From Iphione sp. A-MEVVRFRX5 (lineage: Eukaryota), in contig OZ320323.1 of the NCBI GenBank assembly GCA_976226885.1, positions 49,662,001-49,726,000 on the forward strand: a stretch of 64,000 nucleotides of DNA, given 5' to 3'. The position numbers and the translations under genes are program-made. How positions within the stretch are numbered: the first letter of the stretch is position 1; every line of letters begins with the position of its first letter. Positions 49,447-62,028 of the stretch are shown here, one piece after another. The notes beneath the pieces were generated by a model that saw only the letters and a list, made by a program, of their open reading frames with translations, was not told the origin of the DNA and made no database searches.

Positions 49447-49572
49447 CAGTGGAAACCCTCTACATTAAGGACACCCCACATGATGTACAAGCTGGAAACA
49501 GAACCAAACGCCCTTATATACGCTTAGTCTTTGATCAGTCCCTTGGCTGTCCGTGGTAGAGAGGTTCCACTG
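49447..49572. mobile_element. TA-flanked MITE (CAGTGGAA...CTCTAC TIR)
   Basis: TA|CAGTGGAAACCCTCTAC...GTAGAGAGGTTCCACTG|TA. Confidence 0.8.
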
Positions 49573-52569
49573 TACATGTAGATACCTAAACGGGATCTTG
49601 CTGACATGTAATGGCATTTACCTCATAAAAGGAGTGCACTTTGACTTTGACACTACCACCACTATGAAAGCAGTTTCAACCAGCGATAGGGGTTTACTTG
49701 TCCTCAGTAACCTGCTAGTGAGAGCAGGCAGGCCTAGTGTTTTATATATTATCTAATTCTTTATTAAAGGTTTGGTTTAAAAGGGACCATCTACATGGGC
49801 AAGACACTGCCATATGATACATATGGAAACATCAACACGATGCCGTGACGAAAGCAGTTCACTGCACGACCGCTAGGGGTTAAAGAGGGATAATCTGACG
49901 GATGAACACGCGCTCTTGCCCTCTTCCTCTCCTGCTATACTTTATTTAATATTAAATTACATTCTGTGTTCCATGACTACCCTCATACTAATCCAGTTGA
50001 TGCAAAATTCCACCTACAGTACATACGTGAGTAAAGTGTCAGGGTCTCAAGCTTTATGCTGTACATTCTTGGAAGTGAAAAAGTAGGAAAAAATGCAGAA
50101 GTTTCAGCCAGATTTCCAAGAGCATGTAAATTGACGAAACTCTTAAATCAAGTTGGTGACTAACACTCATCATAAGACAAACATATGTATCTCAGTTTTC
50201 AAGCTTCTTACTTTATCTACCTCATAAGAGATGGTCATATGAGGAGCGGGCATATCATGTCAAACGGCATGTAGATCCCTCTGGAGTCTATCAGACTGTA
50301 CAAGGAAGCAGACTGTACTTGACGAGTTGCTCTTTGCTTGGCTCTTGCCGTTGTCGATCTGCTCAATAGCCAACTCACAATTCTTGAAATGGGAATGACG
50401 TCACAGTGGCTGATAAGCCTGGTACCCTTAGTCAAATGTAGGTCAGTTTGCCTTTGGTGGCGGTGACAGGTAGTGGGTTTCTCTCTTTGAGTCATTATAA
50501 TGTTTATGTCCATAATAATCATTTGGCAATGATTTCAATGCCAACTCTGATATTATAATGAAAACACACCTAGAACTACCTGCAGATAGAGTTCATATGT
50601 CAAAATTATTATCAGTTTGTTTTCACCAGGCCTTAGATTTCATATTATAATATGCAGAAACTCCCTGATTATCACCCACTTTTCACCTCTGTAGTGTTTT
50701 TGCTAAATTAGAAATTTTAACAGAGGATTTTTATCTAAACACTAATGTGGTCTTTTAGATTAATACTAAAGCTACACATTTATCACAATGAAGCCTTATA
50801 ACACCTTTGAAATCCTTATCAAATTGGGGTTGACAACTCTTTGTTTACACCTTGCTCGCCACAAGTGCCCGGATTGCCGACTTCATGAATACGACCAACT
50901 TGCACATCTGCACTCGAGGGAAAATTCTTTTCAAACATTTCCTAGGAAACTGTATTTAACAAATTTCACAGTACCCTGTTAATATCACCACCAAGGCCTC
51001 AAACACACTTTAATTTACATTAAATATCTTAAAGTGGGCAGATTAAACAAAAAAGTTTGTGAAAGTGCAGAAAGTTTCATTTGGGCATAACTCACAATCC
51101 GCTCACAGACATTTTTCCTCTGCTAAATCATATTTGTGCACCTGTGTAACAGATAGTACCAGTATATATTTATGTATGCAGGCCGAAGTTCCACACGCAC
51201 ATATATCTAGTATATATACTAAAAAATAAATACAATACAGATCTATATGGAGGATTACCCACACGTGGGGGACCATTGATCAACAGCTGTGGCCGGCCAT
51301 GCACTGGACAGGCATATTCTACTGAGCACACTGCCGAGTTTTATATGCTGAGGCTTTGCAACTGTCTCATAATTACTTCCGCGCGGATAAAAACACAGGA
51401 TGATCGATTGATTTTCACGTATACATGTACGAGCACCTGTCAACCAGGCAGCGGCTGCGAGGGGGGGGGGGAGGACAAGTAGAGCACGAAAAAAGGGATG
51501 GGTGTATTTTGGAATGTTCATGGCTCTACAGAGGTGGTGCGGTGGGGTGTGTGAGGGAGCGGGGGTGGGGGGTGGGGCGGGAGGTCGCAGTGTCATACCC
51601 CCAGATGGTTATAATAACATATTAACAATTAGTAAGTTACGGGGGCGGGGACATTGCCACCCGCATATACATGTACAGGTGAATCACCTGGTAAGGATCT
51701 TCAGGACGCGGATGTTTAACTGCTAAGATGTGGTGGCCCTGCAGGAATTCACCCGTTATTTGTGTCCCGTTACATATTTTGTTCCCGCCTGTTTTTGTCT
51801 AAACGCCTTTCCATGCTTCCTCCTGTCTTTATCTATCTGTCTGTCTATCCGTCTCTTCTGAGTCATGCATAGTCTTAACTACTAACACCTCCGACCAAAT
51901 GGCCTATTATAAAATGTATACTCTGTCCCAAGGACAACACCAATTAATGACATGAAGCTTACTATTGTCTCGTGATGAAGAACTGCCTATCTATGATGAG
52001 AGTGAAACACGCCATAAATCTTCATTGGTAGTTATGTACATGTATACCATATTTCTGTCATGGCACAACAGGCCAGATTAAATAAAAGTGTTTTTTTAAT
52101 GATCCTTCCATCCCTACGAAGGATCTCAAATTGCTAAGAAATCTTGAAGACTTCTGCGTATATATTACCATAACTGCGATATACATGACATTAAAGTGTG
52201 AATTATGTCCTGCGTTTAAATTGATGAACTTACCGAACGTTATGTCATGACGTAAAAGCCGTAGCATATAGTCAGTCACACACATGCACACGCTGAGCCG
52301 ACGGGTTGTACATCAACTTTAATCCAGATGACTGCACTGTTGACGTTTTAAATCCAAGACCCAGCGCTTCCAGCCGTACGTGCTTATGTATGTACGTTAA
52401 TGCATGGCGTGTTGTCCTCTTGTACACTTGTAGTCACAGCGTGAGGTCTGTGGCGGATGAAAGGCTGGGCGCTGACGGGCCAACCGTTGTCTCTTCTCCG
52501 AAAACAGAAGACTCCCTCCCACGTGCGCGAAACTTCCCCGTACGTGTATTCTCAGGAACTGTTGTTTAC

Positions 52570-52890
52570 CTGAAGCTGTCCCGACGTGGGTTGCAACAGC
52601 TTCAGCCTCCCCTGCCGTGCGTGCACTTTCTGAAGTGAGAGAGACACTTCGCGGCGGGGAGAAACTTGCGCCGCCGCTCTGGCTTTACTATCTCGGTCGG
52701 AGCGACTTTGTGCACGGCCGCGGGTTTCAAAACGTCGGACTGCCAGCCAGGAAACTTCAACCCCCTCCCCCCTCGCCGCCCTCCCTCCCTCCTTCCCATG
52801 TACGCAGGTGAATCGGGTCGATAATCCGCACATATGGAGGCGCGAGTCGGCGGGGGCGGGGGCGGGGGCAGGGGGGGGGGGCGGCGGATA
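52570..52890 (-). promoter_or_regulatory. CpG-rich candidate promoter / non-coding first exon
   Basis: High CpG; tandem GGGGGCGG GC boxes at 52849-52887; donor CAG|gtaaac at 52569. Confidence 0.45.
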
Positions 52891-54444
52891 GAAATAGTAG
52901 CATTTAAACTCTAGGGGTCGACACTGGCAGTCGTAGAATTGGGACGGGCAATGGTAGTTGTGGAGAGGGGGTGGGGCAGGGAAGGGAGAGGAGGTGTGAT
53001 TGTGAAGACAAAAAGTAGCGTCCATTGAACAAATGGCGAGAACAAAAGGGACCAGACTATAGTCCCAGACAGGACAGAGAAAATAGTTTACCATTGCATT
53101 CACGTAGCCCGAGGGGGTGGCGTGTCTCTGGGAGTGGGGTGGGAGGGAGGGGCCTTTCTTAAAGCCTTGGCAGTGCAGTTACATGAATGGGCCATGAAAG
53201 GAACTAGGTCAAATGTTTACAGGAGAAAAAAACTATTTTAATCTCCTGTTAAAGCAACTGGAGGTTCCAAATAGGTTGTTTTGGTTTGACGTTAACGGAC
53301 TTTACAGGAAATAGACCGAAGACTGACTAAATTTTCTTTTCTGGAGAGTGCATCAAGATGACGACACAATATGCTTCTAATGAAAGACAACTTCCATTTA
53401 TAGATTAGATGTTTCGGCTTGAAAATAATAGAAAAAAAGGTTCAAGACGAATGATTGAGGAAAACGGGAAAGGGCGACGTCAAACCAAAACAGGGTATGG
53501 GTATCGAGAGATCTTTTGTGGTTACCAGTGATGTCTATACTTGTATCTTTTTTTGGTATTTTGCATTTAAACTTTACTAGCAGCTGTTCACCTTTCATTA
53601 AAAAATTAAAAAACTTCCTGGCCTAACGTTTTAGTAAGTCGTTAGTCTCTAAAGTTAACTGGCCGGGAATTCAAATACTGTTTGCTGCCCTTTTTCACAT
53701 TATACACACTGATGATAGGTACATGTGACAGGTTCACTAGATTAATTTGGATGAATGGTCAGATTGTCAAAACAGCATTATTCTTCAATTCCTTAGGCCT
53801 AAAAAAGTAGGTGTGTTTCTGGTCTCCCACCCCTATCTAGTAAAACCCCACCCTACCTAAAAAAATTTTAGTCCCAAAGAGTTTCTAAGGCTGAATTTCC
53901 ATAGATACATGTTTTCACAGTACATGTCCTGGTAAATTCAGCAGAAATACAACAAAATCCATGGTAATTCAGTAAAAAGTTTTAAAACTCAGGAAAATGG
54001 GTCAAAATTCTCCATATTGTCTTCATTATTAGCGAAAACCACAGAAAGAAAGTGGAGGGGGGTTTAAATACCCCTTCCCTACCTAGGTGTTTTGGCTGGT
54101 TGTAACCAGAGACACGTGTATTTTCTTTTTGCCTTACATGAGGACAAGCAGCCACAGAGAGGACTGTGGACAATCTGGAAGATTGTCCTGATTGTTCGGA
54201 TAGAACCGTCTGAAAAACGGATCACTTCAAGACTATTGTCACCAAAGAGGCGAAATCTAGTCCATGTTTCATTTGTTGCTAAGTATCAAGCCTGTGCATC
54301 AGATATTTTCTTTCAGGAGAACATAATACAAGTACAATACGTATGCACATTAAAAGCAGGGTTTATCCTTTGCCTCCTCCTTTGTCCCTTTGTTGTATTA
54401 CGCTCATCGACCCCTAGTCTTCGTACATGTACATCTATCACAAA

Positions 54445-54693
54445 CAGGCCAGTAGCCAAGGGGATACCCCCCATACAAGCGAGGAGTTCCACCTCTCCAG
54501 GCCGGCAGCGAAGGGGTATCAGGGGTATGATCCCATACCCCCTCAAAGGCCAGAAGAAGTGAGGAACGGTGAAGAAATGTGAGAAAATGTAAGAAAATAT
54601 GAGGAAATGTGAGAAAATATATTTATTGATCTTCAGGAGTTCAACCTCTCTAATTTCAGATACCCCCCTAAAAAATTCCTGGCTACGGACCTG
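54445..54693. mobile_element. MITE with CAGG(C/T)C(A/C)GTAGCCA TIRs (hAT-like ends, no clear TSD)
   Basis: CAGGCCAGTAGCCAAGGG at left; CCTGGCTACGGACCTG at right. Confidence 0.55.
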
Positions 54694-55175
54694 ACATATG
54701 CACATCTAGTCTAATACATGCACAGGGATACAGTATATATGAGTGAATACATGGCATGTATCATTTAGTACCGGTTAGTATCATGAATGAAATACCTTGG
54801 GTAATGTACTGTTTGTTTTATTATGAGGTGAATAAGCCACATTAATAGCCAGATGTATGTACCTGAGAGCAAGAAGGGAAGAGAAAGACCAAGGTCGAAA
54901 ACCGGGGGGGGGGGGGTCAGGGCATCTCCAATAACGCTTCGTCAAGAATTGAGAGTACATGTATTCATAACATTTAAAGGAAGAGCTGATAAGGCTTCAT
55001 CAAGAATTGATCAGTAGGCAGGGGCTCGCCAGAAATTGCTTCAAAATGCATCAATATTTCCAATCACCAAACAGTTGACAACCCCTGTGTAGAAAGGGCA
55101 AATACGAGAGACAGACAGATAGAGAGAGACCAACAGAGACAGAGACTCAGAGTGAGAGACAGATGGACAGACAGG

Positions 55176-55207
<32 letters not shown>

Positions 55208-55519
55208 TGTGGATTTCGAGAAGAGGAAAGCGAAAGGCAGATAGACAGGGAGTACTAATTTAAAGACCAGCACGTGTACATAACCGGACGTTGTAACAAG
55301 TGTCTAATTATACTGTAACCGCCACTTGACAGGAATAACTAACGCCCCTGTCGGCAGGTACGTAAATTACCGAAGACTAAATTAGCTCCTTAATTCAATT
55401 CCCGAAATACTAACGACGCTTTCGGCAAAGCGAATCGTCTTAGCCAGTTACACGTTTAGAAAAGGACGTTAATTGTATAGGTTCCCTTTTTGGACTTGGT
55501 TTCTTTATACGCATGGGCT

Positions 55520-55522
<3 letters not shown>

Positions 55523-55552
<30 letters not shown>
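55523..55552. repeat. (GT)n microsatellite
   Basis: Perfect GT run. Confidence 0.95.
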
Positions 55553-55558
<6 letters not shown>

Positions 55559-58500
55559 GATGTCATGTGTTATCTGGGCGACATGCATAGGTTGTGTCTT
55601 TATCGGTCTCCAAGTCTACTTTCCAAATCACAGTGGAGACCTTTGACGAAGGCAAGTTAAATCAGGCGGTTGTTTGAGACGGAAGGTTCATGTTTATACC
55701 ATAGATATTTTTTTTTGGCACCAGCATTATGCCATGGTGCCCAACCCTGAACACAGGGCGGCGCCAGCGTCGCTGGTCTGGTGGGACACGTGGCCAGACA
55801 CAGGGTTTAGAACGTCACCCACGGGCATATTCAAATGTAAAGATGCAGTGAAGAGTATGAGGACAGATTGAGAGACAACAGAAGGGGAGGGATGAGACGT
55901 GTGTCAAGTCGGCAACCCTCATACATGTATTTGGAAGATGAGTTGAGGTCCCGAGCAAGGAGAATGTCCATACTTTTATTATATTTTTTCAAATCTTTAT
56001 TTCCTCTGGAAACGTTATACATTTAGTATGTACATCCAGTATCAAATATCAAATCCTTTCACGCTTTCCATAAATATGCATACCAAAGTTTCGACACTTT
56101 TTCAAGAATTAGCTCATCGTGGAGATACAACGGCATAAAAAGAATCTTCTATCTGTATTCCAATTACACTTTTCAGAATACATGTACATAGCATGATATA
56201 TGTATATATATACTGTAACCCAGTTGTGGTCTATTCTATAATTACATGTTATAGATTAATTGATTGTGCAGTTAATAGAGACATGTATAAGACACTGCGC
56301 ACAGTGACAACAGCCACTCAGAAAGTAGAAAGTAATAATTAGGTTCATGACCTTGGCCCTTGAACCAGCCATGACCCGACGTCAGAGTTAAATTTATACT
56401 GTCACACTGTGTCAGAGTTTAAATGTCTTTAATTTCAATGACGTGTTGGGACATCTTGTTCAAGCAGTATGAGTATACTTCTTAAAGAAACCCATGAAAG
56501 CGGAATCTCTTTATAAGGAAGCCGGTTTTCTGTACTACTTATGTGGCCTGAGGCCACTTTCTACCAGATTTTTCTCTTCAACAAAATCTAAGGGAAAAGA
56601 AGGAGACATATTCAGACAAACCCTTCAGTAGGATAAATGATTTAAAAAAACACTACGACAAATGATGCTAGAATGACCTACCTCTGATAAAACGAAGTTT
56701 TCCACAATGAAGTGAAATTTAGGAGCACATATCTTTCGTTTACAGAGGTATACCTGTATATAGGATTACATAGTCTGCTCACAGTTGCAAATGGCCTTGG
56801 GTATTCTGCCTCTCAGCAATAAAACCACAATAGGACCTGGGTTGATTTTGTTTCGAGCTATACATTTTTACAGTACATGTTTATGTTTTCATACCACGTA
56901 CGTTATTACATTATTACTGATATCTTTTTTTAGAAGCAACACTGAATTTTTAGGTACGATCCACAATTGTCCCAACTCTAAAGTGTCTGCATGTTTACCA
57001 AATGTTCACTGATTAATATTCTGAATTTTCATTCTGAACTGTTCATTTATAATCCCAGCCAACATGAGGTAAATGTAAGACACGAAAGCAATTTACTTAA
57101 ATAGTAGGGGGAAAATGTGACACTTCCATAGTAGAAGAGATTTCACTTTGCTATGTTACCGTGTTCAGGAGTGTATATATTTTTGCACAGACAACAAACA
57201 ACTTTGTTCCTTTGGTAGAGACTGACCACTTTTATTGATGATTTATGATAATCAATCCATGAGATTAAGGAACAAGTCCATGCAACTCTAATGCTAACCA
57301 CTTAATTTAACTGAGATTGGCTTAAGTATTTAACATGAGATTATTATACAGCATCTTACTGGGATTCCATTTACTCAGGTAAAAAGCACCACTGTGGACG
57401 AAGACTAACTCTGGCTTTCAGTCTGAGCAAGGCTCAGAGTGAGACAATCAAATAACTTAAAGTAAGCTTCAACTAAGCAAATACATGCACTTCGGACTGA
57501 TTAGACTTAGAGTCAACTTTAAGATGCCTCCAATTCTATTCTGATAGCCCTGGAATGTCTGGTTAATATTATGACAACTTTTACCACTAGCTACACTTGT
57601 AGAAACTACAGTTGAGATTCACGACAGAGACCAAGCTTGAGACTAGCCAATTTCAGTCTCTCCCACGGTTTGGTCTTATTAGACATAGTCTGCATAGGAG
57701 TAAATTAATGGTTGGTCTTATATAGCTTGGTCTCTTCCCTGGTTTGGTCTCTCCTGCGAGTTGGTCTTTAACTTTCCACTGTACAGTAGTCTCTCAATCC
57801 GGTCAGACTTAGTAGGCAGTCAAAGGGCAACTACCATCCATTTTGCTTAGAAACATTTCCCTCTATAATCGTTTATGTGAAAAAAAATCCTTCTATGATC
57901 TTCGATGTGAAAATATCAAGAGTGTCGTCAGCTCCACAAGGCGGGCATCACAGCCAATGTTCACTGTGTTTGGGAAACCAAGGCATCAAATTACACCAGC
58001 TCTCTGGTCAGATTATAGCCTATTCAATGTGAACATCATCCCATCATAGAACTAGGCGTGGAGTACCAGTTGAATTTTGAAATCACACACATTTGTCTCT
58101 GACAAACCAGCCAGTTTTATGAAAATGTCACACGATAGACCACTAATGAATGGTATGGGCTGTAGTGATGGTTTGAGTTTAAATATTGTCAGAATGGAGT
58201 GAAATGGCTATACTGGTTGATTATATTTGGAACCAAGGGTAACCATGTTCTTCAGACTCTTACTCTATATACCAAATACAGCAAGCAATTCTCCCCTACC
58301 AGGATTCCTTTACTGTAAAATAAAATAGTTGTTCCTGATCATGTGACACGTATGACATAGCTCACAGAGAAAGTTAGACTCTGCTTACAGCTTGGCGCTG
58401 AGAGATATCTCACCACATTGTGGGACGTACCACAGAGACATGAGACATGAAAATGAGAGTGAAACATGAGACATGAGAGTGAAAAATATGGAGAGACAGC

Positions 58501-59091
58501 AAGAGAAAATAGAAACAGGAATACGCACAATCCTGCTTAATTATCATTTACGAATAGATAAAATGGTACTACAGTATCAAACAGCGGGGAAAACAGAGCA
58601 AAGTAAAAACCGAGTAGCGGTAGAGGTTTTCATGTATTCACGGGAAAGTCAAAGCTTGAAATATAAAGAGGAAAAATGATTAAAGCTGTAAATCAAATAC
58701 GTAGTGTGCTCAGTAGCTGCATTAGCTACTAAAGCAGAAAAACTGTAGACAAAAACCAAAATACTAATATCCCTTAGATTATGAAGCTACAGCTAACAAA
58801 ACTACGACCATATTTTATGATCAGCTATCCCTTTATGCCGCATGTTTCTTGGGGGGATGTAAATAAGCAGTATCCCATATAAATTGTAGAAGGTTGCAAA
58901 TAAAATCTTATAAAAAGGACTGTTTAACCGTTAGCCACTTCAAGAAGAGACTTGACAACGTATTTCGAAACTTTGAAATCATCCTTTTCACTCATACTTT
59001 CACGACGACCACTGTGCTAAAAATCAACTGAATTTGATGCATATTTTCCACTTCAGTCTAAGTGTCTTGTAAAACTAAATATGTCAGTGGC

Positions 59092-59906
59092 TCATTTACA
59101 TGATGTATTCAAGTCTTTGACCTGGGAGTCCAACTTCTTTCTTTTCAGCATCAAGATCTCCATTTCTAATCGATACTTGGCCTCCTGCCTCCTACTGCTT
59201 TCCCTCCTCATCTCCATCATCTCCCTCCGCATCTCCACCTCCTCCCGAGTCAGCTGCACTAATGTCTTACTGAGCGCGAGTTGCTCCTTCCTGATGAGCA
59301 TCTCCTCCCTCTGCAGGGCGATCTGCTCGGCCAGCCTCCCTCTCTTCTCCTCTCTCTCTCTGGTGGCGGTCTCCCTGTCCACCGTCTGCTTGTAGAGTAG
59401 CTCCCTGTGGCCTTCGAAAGACAGCAGTTGCTTCTCCCTGAGGAACTTCTCCAGCTCGGCGATCTGCATCTGCAGCTGCTCCAGTCTAATGGAGGACGCA
59501 TACCGCGAGCAGCTCGCCCCGAGACTCGCTCCGGAGCTGCACCAAGGCGACGACGACGTCGACACCTTCCTGCTCCTCTGCCTCATCCGGATCCCAGCCT
59601 CGGGGGAGCATATGCTGACCGACAGGGACGGGGTCTTCAGTGGGGTGTACGTACCGTCCATGGGGTCGGCAGCAGTGCTCCTCGGGCACTCCGTGTCCGA
59701 CTGGAGGGACTCGTCGGAGCCGCCGTAGTAGTTGGTGAGTCGCTCCGAGCAGATGACCGAGTCGCTCGGGATCGGAAACGTCGTTGACACGACCGGCTCT
59801 AATCGGCTCCGACACTGACCCCCGCGCTCCCCCGCCCCCGCCGCCGTCGCGCCGACGCGCTCCGACGGTCGCGGCGTCGTCACAGCAGGCGGGCTGGGGA
59901 TGGCAT
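59092..59906 (-). CDS. Terminal coding exon: Ser/Pro-rich region plus C-terminal coiled coil (possibly Myb/SANT-domain protein tail)
   Basis: GC-rich ~270-codon frame after acceptor ttctcctttcag (phase 1); LEQLQMQIAELEK...LEMEILMLKRKKL heptads; upstream exons not identified. Confidence 0.8.
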
Positions 59907-62028
59907 CTGAAAGGAGAAAAATTATTGGAAAATTGTGACTTAGATATTAACTATAAATGAAAGGCTTGCTTCTGAAAAATCGGCCACAATTAAAGAGATG
60001 ACCCTTGTCTTGCGGGGGCCCCATGCCGCTGGATTATAATCCAGACACTGGTTAATTGTCCTTCAATTTCCCCTTTGTGCACTTTTACTCTTTCTGTGGC
60101 AATCTACATTTATCTCATAAATCACCCTAACCATGCATCAGTATGTCAGTAAGGATAGTGTAATGAATTCATTTCTGTGAAAAGCGTCATGGTTATGGTG
60201 ACGGGAGGAAAATAAATTGTTTCTGAATCTGAATCTGAAACTATAGTTTGCATACCGAGCACGGCGGCACAGTTGTTAAAAAACAAATAGGACACTTCTC
60301 AATCGCAAAACACAACACATGCAAACATGGTACACACTATAAATACCTGCATGTTAACAATCCTGATGATCGCCATACATATATTTACATATATATACTG
60401 ATCACCAGGAGTGATCAGTATATAGGAGTATTATGGGACTACTATACTACATATGGGACTACTATGGGACTAAAGCATATTTTGGGACTACATAAATATA
60501 TGTATGTAGTCCCCAAAACCATGGGGTACTTGCATGCCGTTCCTGACCTCACCTAAGCATGTCATGTAAACTTCCCGTCCGATGTTACCATCTTACCACG
60601 TGGACGTTGTTAATTTCAATTTTTTCATGGTTAACACCATAATTAATTTGTAAACGAAACTTTTTTTGCCACACACCGTTTTTTGATGCCCCGGATAGGG
60701 ATGATTGCATTAAGCGGACTGCATTTGAACGTGTCGGTACATGGGAAAAGTGGGTCACATAACTTGAAAGTCAACACCATTTAACAAAGGAACTTGCCCA
60801 TTGCCGTGAGTGGTATTTGTGCTAATATTTTGATAAAGGGAATGTTCAACACTCTTTTTGCAAGTGTTCATTAAAGAAAATGAGGGATATCAGCGTTATT
60901 TTCGCCTCACTTTCCCTCAATTTTCTTGTTGATCGTCTGACCCCATATTTGCAAAGGACACTGCCAGCGGCATCTTTTTCTGGTTTGATTATAATGGATT
61001 TTTTCTTACTTGTATTATTATTTGGATGTATATGTCTATATGACAACATTGCGGACAAAATTATTCTCATATCACAGAGTTAAAAAATTAATGGCAAAGG
61101 GAAATTTATTTTGTTCGACGAAATGTTGACGCACTGTTCAGACACAGATCGGCCATACATGTAATTGAAATTTTTTCACTAGCAGGAGGCTTTTTACCAC
61201 ATCGTCTAAGATGTCATTGAAAACATAAAATATTTTCAAGATTCAAAGAGGAGAGAGGATAAGTGAGGCATAGAGGATAAGTGAGACATATCCCTTCCCC
61301 GACTGTAAAAATGACTGTTCCAAATGATCATCCTTATTGCTGCATTTCAATGTTTCAGAGTTTCTGTACGGCAAGTGTTTCTGAAAGTGCTGTGTAGGTC
61401 AAATGCTTGTAAACTGAATGAAGGGACTGCTGGCCAGGACTACTTTCAGCCTACCTCTGACAGCATTAACGTAGCGGAACTATTCAAGTGCATAATAGCG
61501 TAACTATCTAAGTGCATAATAAAAACACCAAGCCAGTCTTTGAATAAACGTTATCGTTTTTATTTGCAAGAACACTTGTATAAAAGTTCACATTTATTAT
61601 GAAATACATTTTCATTATCTTTATATAATGGTGTTTCTTCTAATCCAATGCTGAAGATGTATATACATGTACATGTATAGTTCGGACACAGTTCGAACAA
61701 AGTTGCAGACAAGTTCATTGCTACTTGGATTATATGTATAGTTAACATAATTATAAAATACAAAGGAAATAGGAATTCTATGGTGTTTTACCTCTAACTC
61801 GATTCCGATGAAATATAGTTCCGATGAAATATAGGTCTGACATAAGTTCGCATAAGATTGTGGACACAGCAATTAGTATGATACAGCTCGGTCAAGATTG
61901 TAAACAAAAAAAGCTAAACGTCACAACACAATCAACAATCATACATAATGTGTTGTCCCGATACAGTACACTTGTTTCATGTTTCTCCTGATGTGCATTG
62001 ATTTTGACTCATGTTTGAATGTCTTCAA

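Noticed and set aside
50235-50522. 95-aa minus-strand ORF and overlapping open frames
   Set aside because: No splice sites, homology or coding bias that I could support.
52552-53103. 183-aa minus-strand ORF
   Set aside because: Runs through GC boxes and G tracts with no domain; more consistent with promoter/5'UTR.
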